A DNA stretch of 64,000 nucleotides from Octopus sinensis (lineage: Eukaryota), in the NCBI RefSeq assembly GCF_006345805.1, contig NC_043014.1:9548001-9612000 (forward strand). The letters run 5' to 3'. Below, in pieces: positions 55,233 to 64,000 of this stretch; the stretch's first letter is position 1; each line of letters starts with the position of its first letter. A program made the translations under genes and the position numbers. The notes beneath the pieces were generated by a model, which worked only from the letters and a program-made list of their open reading frames with translations, did not search any database and had not been told where the DNA came from.

Positions 55233-56529
55233 AAGAATACTCGCGCATAGGGCGCAGAGCAGCATATTTATATCGCCCCCACCTGCCTTAATCGTCCACC
55301 TTGAATCAGTTTCATATCATTCAGCAAGTGAATGCTGTTTGTTTTCTTCTTCGGCTTTCACTTTCTCTAGGTTTTTCAGACACGTTCTGGAGCAGTTCTT
55401 TTGCCTGTGTATATATTTATCTCCATGAAATTATCTTCTCTTTACATGACGATGCAGACAGCAACACATCAGGTATCTAGCTCTTGGGACACCGTAAATA
55501 TCCAGATCCACTTAATATGCCGACAGATATAAACGTGAATGAGGACCAAATTCTTACTGCTTTTGGGGGAAAAGAAAATGTTTGCCCAAACATAAGTAAC
55601 AGTTAAATAACGCTTAACAGCCAATAAAATATACAGAAGAATATTTGTATTGAAACAATATGCTGGAATTATAATTTCTCCAGTCAGTGCCTATCATAGT
55701 GACGAATGTATTTATTATTTGCTTAATACCAATTTAAATTCTGAAGTTGTACAACCGACCTCTGAAACAAAGAATTACTTTCCCAAAGCAAATATATATA
55801 AGTTTATAACAGAATCACCGTTAAATAAATTGCATAGAATGTAATGTCCATATATCACACACTAAAGTGTAACATAACGTTGAATATTCTGATCGTTATT
55901 TAGACTTAACACGGACATGGCATCAACTTCAGCATCAACATCAATAAGCTTAGTATACATTTAATGCAGATGTGGGTTAGATATAATCTTACATGCGCAT
56001 ATAAGAAAATTGCATAAACGTATCTATATTACTATAATTTAAGACGTGTTCAAAGAAATAAGAAAAATTAAGACGTGTCATTGTGGTATACTATTATAAC
56101 TTTAGTGACACCAGAAGATATATCTTCGGTATTGATAGCGGTGTCATATGTCGGAATTGTATGTCAGATAAATCAAATATTTAAATGATCTAGGAAGAGA
56201 AAGGCCAGGCATAATACATCAAAAGCAGTTACATGAGAAACAGATAAGAAGATGGTAAGAAGAGATGGAGAACGGTTGTGGAATTCTCCTCAACACACGC
56301 AACACAAAAGAACACAAACACAAAATACGCACAAAGAAATACATACACACACACACACACAAGAGGCATGGAAGCACACAATATTACACAAAAACATATT
56401 CTTTTATTTGACCCCTGAAATCCTGAGGGATACGTGCAGTGGGGGGTCGTTATGATATTCAGCGTATCAAGAGAATTAACGACAGGGAAGAGGTGGTCTT
56501 TCCGGATCTGAAACCGATGATCTCTTCAG

Positions 56530-56905
56530 AAGTAGAAAAGAAAGAAAGAATGAAAAAAAGAAAGAATGAATGAAAGAAAGAAAGAATGGATGGAAGAAAG
56601 AAAGATAGAAAGTAGGAAATAAGGAAAGACAGAATGAATGGAAGAAAGAAAGAAAGAAAGAAAATGAATGAAAGATAGAAAAGAAAGGAATATGAATGCA
56701 GGAAAGAAAGAAAAGAAATAAAGACAGAAAGGCAGAAGGAATGGAAGAAATAAATAAATAAAGAATGAATGAAAGAAAGGAAGAAAAAAAGTAGGAAAAA
56801 GGGAAAGACAGAATGAAAGGAAGAAAGAAAATGAATGAAAGATAGAAAAGAATGGAATATGAATGAAGGAATGAAAGAAAAGAAATAAAGACAGAAAGGC
56901 AGAAC

Positions 56906-56938
<33 letters not shown>

Positions 56939-56966
56939 TAGGAAAGAAAGAAAGAAAGACAGAATG

Positions 56967-57019
<53 letters not shown>

Positions 57020-57180
57020 AGGAAAGAAAATGAATGAAAAATAGAAAAGAATGGAATATGAATGCAGGAAAGAAAGAAAAGAAATAAAGACAGAAATGCA
57101 GAACGAATGGAAGAAGAAAGAAAGAAAGAAAGAAAGAAGGAAAGAAAGACCGATAGATAGTGAAAGAAAGAATGAAAATT
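56530..57180. repeat. GAAA-rich purine tract with higher-order repeats
   Basis: aatgaatgaaa.atagaaaagaa.ggaatatgaatg block present three times. Confidence 0.93.
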
Positions 57181-57459
57181 TCGTGAAATCATTGCCCATA
57201 ATTACGAAAGCAAAATTATCCAAAAAAGAAAAATGGTTTATATTCCAATATTTGGTTTAAATATAGTCTCATTCATTTAGCGATTCCTTTTGTAGATCAA
57301 AAATTGTGATGCCAGCGCTTTAATTTGTGGATCAAAAATTGCGAGACCATTATATTTCAAATTCTAAAGCCTTCTTATGTGGAACATATGTTGATTTGTT
57401 TTTTTTTTATTTTTTTGTCTTATACTTATTAAACCAGATATAGTCACTTTGATGATTAC

Positions 57460-57680
57460 CGATTTTGGTAGACACATTTTGATAATTAATACGATCAATT
57501 CTCTAATTACTGGATTTTGTTAATTAATCTTAAAAGTTCTTTAATTACTGGATTTTGATAAGTATTTTGGAAATTACACTAATTACTAGATTTTGGTAAT
57601 TAAGACGAAAAGTATTTTAGTCACTGCATTTTGATAATTAATTAGAAAAGTTTTGTGATTACTGAATTTAAGATATTTTG
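57460..57680. repeat. Degenerate ~37-bp minisatellite
   Basis: Recurring aattactggattttgataattaa-like motif. Confidence 0.7.
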
Positions 57681-58754
57681 TCGAATGGTTTTGATATTGT
57701 GCTCGATGTCCAAGCTATGGCAGCTTATATTTATTCCATTGCGAAGGAATATATTATAAAGATGCTATATTTTGCCTGTGCCCTAAGAATTACTTGTCCA
57801 GAAATCGGTTTCTAAACAAAATAGATAAGATTTATCGTGAGCAAAACGCCCCCCGTCCAATGGACGGTGCTGAATCATATCTGCTGAATAAAAAGCAATC
57901 AGTGTTTTCGTTTCATTAAAATATAATTAAGCATGCTTTTATTTCAATAAAATATTTTGGTTTTGTTAAACGAAGCTAAGGAAAAAACAAAATTGTTGAG
58001 AAACCAAATAGTCTTTCCTTCCTTCATGCCAGGTTTGAAGAAAATATCTCTTTTGCATCTTACTTATTTGGTCTCTGAAATAAACTGAATTTTGTGGCAT
58101 TATTTAAGCCAACCGGATTTTTTTGCGCAAACAGCACGTGCATTTTACGCGTAGTATCGAACGCAACAGCTGATGAACTTGCGCGTACAAATGCACGTTC
58201 TCACGGCTTTATCGATCGATCCAATCTCAGGTATATTCAACATGAATATAATATGGAGGAAAATAATAATTATCAAAATGTAAACTAATATGTAACACAA
58301 ATCTTATGCCATTAAATTAAAATTATAAAACCCTTAACGAAAAAGCTCAATATTAATATTCTAGGACAAATATGATACTATATTTGTATTTCAGTCGGCA
58401 CCAGCTCAATACGAATATGTTAGTGCGCGTAATTCATTCTCTTTATGCAAGACAAAAATCTCAGACTGATAAAGTTTTGTTTCCTGAACGTGGGTGGAAT
58501 GTTTATATATATTCATGCTTAAGCATGTTAATACACTCAGTGAAAAGAAGAAATGAAGAAACAACACTTCGACGGTCGATATGACAACTTTTTCGTCTAA
58601 TACCATGAAATAGTTACATAGAATGCATTCGAAAAGACTGACCAGTATTTGCTTCGGTATTTTTCCGTTCTGACTCCTACACAAAGTGTTAAATCTATAA
58701 TATTAAAACACTTGCAAAACTTCGCGAGAAGTGATAAGAATTTCCAGGCAAACA

Positions 58755-58808
<54 letters not shown>

Positions 58809-58950
58809 AACACTCACACACACAATCACACATACATATATACACACAGATACACACACACGCACACATATACACACATACGTGTGCATACACGTATACA
58901 CACAAACACACATACACACACATACACACATACGTATACAGATATATATA

Positions 58951-59179
58951 TTTCTTTACTATCCACAAGTGGCTAAACACAGAAGGGACAAACAAGGACA
59001 GACAACCGAATTAAGTCGATTACATCGACTCCAGTGCGTAACTGGTACTTAATTTATCGACCCCGAAAGGATGAAAGGCAAAGTCGACCTCGGCGGAATT
59101 TGAACTCAGAACGTAACGGCAGACGAAATATGGCTACGCATTTCGCCCGCCGTGCTAACGTTTCTGCCATCTCGCCGCC
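58951..59179 (-). mobile_element. SINE family D
   Basis: Family match; TSD tatacagatatatat on both sides. Confidence 0.92.
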
Positions 59180-60361
59180 TATATATACAGATATATATGC
59201 GCGATACAGCTGTAACCAATTAGTTGGACAAACTGGAACAAAGCATGAATATTTTATGTAGTAATCATATTCTAACAGTCTATTCACTATACAGTGTTGT
59301 ATCATAATATTTCCCCTATATCTGCCATATACTAGCTTATATTCTAAAATCCTGATAAATGTTATTAAGAACTAAAAGAAAATGTACATCAAATATAAAA
59401 AGCTGAAAGAGGCCCACCGTGATTATTCTCAACTTGACAATAAGGGAAACGGAAATAATTGATGGCTAAAACATTTCTGGTATTTGCTTCCTTGAGTTAG
59501 TTTAGAATATAGAAAGAAACACCTTGAGAAACTGGTACATGAAGGAAGAAATTAGAAGCGGAAAGAGTAACACAAGCATATTAGCGAACAATGCCACGCG
59601 TATTTCATGTACGAGTTGCCTGATGAATGCAAGCTTACACGTGAGATTATGACATTTTTCGTCTGAGGGTCGCGCATGATGTCCCTAACATATTGCATGA
59701 AACGATCGTATAAAGATTAAGCGGTTTGACCGCTGTAGCTGATGTCGCAGAAGGAGCGTTCATAGCCGAATATGACGACAGTATAATTGTACATGAAGGT
59801 AAGAAACATGCATGCAATGCAGTGGTTGGGTTGTGTGGGATCCAAGAGAGATGGTGATACGTTTCACTCGTTTAGTGAATTCTCAAATACTGTCGTAGAA
59901 TTACCCAGATTCCCCATAAACCGAGATTACGGAACACATAAATTCACATATATATTCAGTTTTCCCATTTATATGAATTTGATAACCTTCGAAGTACTTG
60001 TCCTCACTGATTTACATCAATTAATCGCTAACATCGCGTCTGAATCACAACTCTTGGTTAACAAAGTCATGGGCTGATACTGCCTGAATGTCATAAACTG
60101 TACGATACTGAGTAACTACAGTAACATTCACTCTGCGCTATTCCCTGACCTAACCAATAGCACAATCGATGTCGCGATAATAGTAAAAGAAGCCATGATA
60201 ACTAAATACACTTAAGCAGGGATCATTTCAAATTTTATTTAAAATTCCACTTTGCCTTTGAACATCAGATGAGGAGGACGTATTCAACCCTTCCGAAAAT
60301 TTAATTTCCGGAAAAGATTATATGTATACATATTTCGGTAGGTACCCGAATATATTTGCAC

Positions 60362-60540
<179 letters not shown>

Positions 60541-60571
60541 CATATTTCTATTATATATATGTATATATATA

Positions 60572-60782
60572 TTTCAATATCTGACCGCGTGTGCATCGTT
60601 GGCGATTTTCTTTCTCCGTCTTCCCTTCCTTGGATTTTTCCTTTTCCTATGTTTCTGACGAAGAGCTCCGCTCGAAACGTTAAATCCTCCTTCTTTCATT
60701 CCTTTCCTGAGCGTCCAATAACACTATACATGTTCCACGTCCTTGCGTTGCTTTTTTTCTCTTTTGTTCAGGTTTGGATTAA
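60572..60782 (+). mobile_element. Solo Penelope-type module with minimal hammerhead (60651-60685)
   Basis: GUUU CUGACGA A GAGC ucc GCUC GAAA CG UU AAAU; flanked by TA runs; related to 42471-42662. Confidence 0.75.
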
Positions 60783-60786
60783 ATAT

Positions 60787-60820
<34 letters not shown>

Positions 60821-60925
60821 ATTATATATAATATATATATATATTATATATTATATTATATATATATATTATATATATATATTATATATATATTATTATA
60901 TTATATGTATATATATATTATATAT

Positions 60926-61331
60926 TACGTCACGATGTGTTACCGCTACTGTATATAACTCACTTTGATATTTATCATTGTTGATTTCACTTTTTCAGTA
61001 TCAGCGACAGTGGGCGCTGGAAAAAGTATAAGTATTTGTGGAAGGAAATCTAATTCTCGGCGACAACTATGATTGTCACACGCTGACGAGAGGTCAATAC
61101 CTCGAAACTCGAGTCGTGTGTATCATAAGTTGAAGACGGGAAGGATGACTTCCCTTGCAAATACTGACAGGACACAGATAGTGTGTCTATGGCCAGCTGG
61201 AGGAGTGTGTCCTCCTGGGCTAAAAACTACAGTAGCATCCACCCTTAGGGGTTAGCCATATTGAAATGGCAAAAAAAATACGTCACGATGTGTTACCGCT
61301 ACTGTATATAACTCACTTTGATATTTATCAT
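60926..61331 (+). mobile_element. Candidate non-LTR retrozyme: 353-bp unit plus 53-bp terminal direct repeat
   Basis: 60926-60978 is identical to 61279-61331; contains a type I HHR and many hairpins; TA microsatellite on both sides. Confidence 0.8.
61064..61132 (+). ncRNA. Type I hammerhead ribozyme with extended helix I
   Basis: CAAC UAUGAU ugu CACAC g CUGACGA GAGGU caau ACCUC GAAA CUCGAG UC GUGUG u AUCAUA a GUUG; GUC triplet at 61113-61115. Confidence 0.82.
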
Positions 61332-61336
61332 ATATA

Positions 61337-61381
<45 letters not shown>

Positions 61382-61517
61382 TATATATATTATATATTAT
61401 ATTATATATATATATTATATATTATATATATATATGTAATATATATATATATATATTATAATATATATATATATATATATATAATATATATATATATATA
61501 TTATATATATATATATA

Positions 61518-62022
61518 TCTATATATATAAAACTCTAGTTGTGTGAGTGTCTGTCCCCTTCGATTAGATTCCTAACTCCTCCCACATTCTGCGGTGCAGT
61601 TTAACCAAATTCGGGTATCTTATAGTCGTGATTCATATCGAGCCCGTCTGACTATTAGCGCGCGTCAACGATGAGTCTACGATTTTAAAAATAATTTAAC
61701 ATCATATTTTATTCCATTTTAATGCATAAAATGCATCGTATGTCGATGGCGGCGGAGTTGGCGTCCACGCTCACAGCTGCACCTGTTTGCTTCTCCCCCT
61801 TCCCTCCCTCGTGAAGCTGTGGGGAAGGGAGTGTAAAGAAATCAACGTCGTAATGCATTGTGAAGGAAACCAGCGTTCTTTTAGAACAACGACTTCATGG
61901 CTTGAAGACACCAAAACAAAAATGGCTAAGAAAGCCCGAATTTATAAGGGAAGTACTAACTCTCTAAAATGCTTATATAGTTATTTCCCTTAAACCCGAG
62001 CAACGCCGGGCGATACTGATAG
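61518..62022 (+). mobile_element. Non-autonomous Helitron with a distinct GC-richer interior
   Basis: Same ends as the 45004 family (terminal CTAG changed to ATAG); 61730-61945 is absent from the other copies. Confidence 0.82.
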
Positions 62023-62095
62023 TATATATATATATATATATATATAGTATATATATATATATATATATTATATATAATATTATATATATATATAT

Positions 62096-62129
<34 letters not shown>

Positions 62130-62166
62130 ATATTATATATATATATGATATATTATAATATTTATA

Positions 62167-62220
<54 letters not shown>

Positions 62221-63136
62221 ATATATTTATTTTATATATATATATCTATATTTTATATATATATTATTTTATATATGTATGTATGTATGTGTATATAAAC
62301 TTGAATTGATTAGAGTTAATCTAGGTTAAATATCTTTAAAAGTTTCTTTAAAATCGGAACAGCCGAGAAGTCATATATACACCCACCCACAGAAAACACA
62401 TGCGTATATATAAGTATATGCTCATACACATATACATACATACGTGAATGTGTGTATGTATGTATGTATGTATGTATGTATGCATTTATGCTTATATATG
62501 TAAGTGTGTATGATTAGCAGTCCGCGCAGTATACCTATGGGATTAAACTGGGGAAGAAACAATATTAGTATATTAAATTTTATAGACTATACAATTTTGC
62601 AGATCACAATATTTTGAAAAGTACTTTCGTAAATTTAATTAATTCTGATGAAAGTTATTATTTTAGAGTATGAAAAATACAATACGAATTTCCAGACAAC
62701 ATTAGATCGAGTTGAAACTCTGGTCTAGAAAAAAAAATGTCTCTGAAACAACAGGCACACAGTTTAGATAGGAATGGTAACAGATCTTGCAAAAGTACAT
62801 TGCTTGCACATATTTTTACCCTTTCCCCCTCTCCCACACCCTCACACACTCTCTGTCTTTTTCTCTCTCTGTCTCACACACTCTCTCTCTCCCTCTCTCT
62901 CAGAAATATAATAAATACACACCACATATATATATATATATAAATATATATATAGATAAATATATATGTATACATAAATACATATATATTATATAAATAC
63001 ATATATATATAAATACATATATAAATAAATACATATTAAATATATATATATATATATATATCTATATATATAGAAATATATATATATATAAAAATATATA
63101 ATCTATCTATCTATAATATATCTATAATATATATAT

Positions 63137-63167
<31 letters not shown>

Positions 63168-63170
63168 ATG
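62023..63170. repeat. TA-rich microsatellite blocks
   Basis: 62023-62290 and 62925-63170 directly visible. Confidence 0.9.
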
Positions 63171-63293
63171 TGAATAGAAAGATGAATAATCTGTTGTAGA
63201 TTAATCAAAAGTTAACGATACTTAGTAGCAAAAAACAATATATTTATATATGAACGTATGTATTTATGTATTTATGTATATTTGTGTGTCTGA

Positions 63294-63336
<43 letters not shown>

Positions 63337-64000
63337 AATGTGTATGTCTGTGTGTGTTTCTATTTCTACCGAATAAATGCCTGGCCAGTGTTGCAATAAA
63401 TCTATTTTGTATCTCCTTCCCTGTGGCCATATATCTGCGCAGGTAAACAAAATCACTCACACCAACGTTCACAGCAAGACACACAAACACACACACACAC
63501 ACATCAATACTTTCGAAAGCTTTCCATCGCAGCATACGCTGTTTTCGCCTGTTATACGCTTTATATTTTCTCTGACAGTTAATCGTATATTTGCTCCAGC
63601 TCAAACCGAAAAGAAATTATAAAAATACGTTTTCACAAGAAATACACACACGTCATTTACTAAACTGCTTTGAGTAAGCTTAATAATAAAACATGTTTTG
63701 ATGTGGGCGATTCAGTGTCTGTTCTCTGCATTCCTATGAAAGCCTGACATAATAAATATTCCATTGCTGCCATACATCTCAAAGAATATCTCTAAGAAAA
63801 ATTCATGAACTAGGATCACGTCAATCTTATGGCAGGCTTCTATCTCACTTGGCCGACATTATTTTGCATTGCTTTCAAGTTCATTTTCTTCTCTATTAAT
63901 TTCTATTTTAATTTTCTGTTGACACATTTCAATGCCACTCTATTCCTTTACCAATCATTTTTCTCCCTTATTTCAATTTATATCGGATTTCCCTCTTCTT

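Noticed and set aside
56485-56535. Minus-strand CUGAAGA GAUC...GAUC CG GAAA
   Set aside because: Extra bases precede GAAA, and no cleavage triplet or helix I is present.
61073-61255. 60-aa ORF inside the retrozyme unit
   Set aside because: It has a non-ATG start and no recognisable motif, and it overlaps the ribozyme; RNA structure explains the sequence better.

Overview
AT-rich eukaryotic genomic DNA dense in microsatellites and transposons, most likely from an octopus (inferred from the tRNA-headed SINE families and TA/TAA expansions; not confirmed by search). I find no intact protein-coding gene, and most listed ORFs are microsatellite or SINE artefacts. The window holds four main SINE families, R4/Dong and RTE LINE fragments, a mariner relic, non-autonomous Helitrons and a 100-N gap. 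Two less obvious layers stand out. (1) A set of hammerhead-ribozyme (HHR) retroelements, mostly in or beside TA microsatellites: a 353-bp highly base-paired unit with a full type I HHR and a 53-bp terminal direct repeat (candidate non-LTR retrozyme, 60926-61331), an internally deleted Penelope-like element with RT fragment plus HHR (48546-49302), and three solo minimal-HHR modules. (2) Decayed + strand exon remnants with MAM-domain motifs and one LDLa-like motif across about 57 kb, suggesting a large MAM-repeat pseudogene. Also seen: an inversion splitting a LINE between two inverted SINE copies, and a SINE family that multimerises through one fixed junction. All pairings, translations and coordinates were read by eye.
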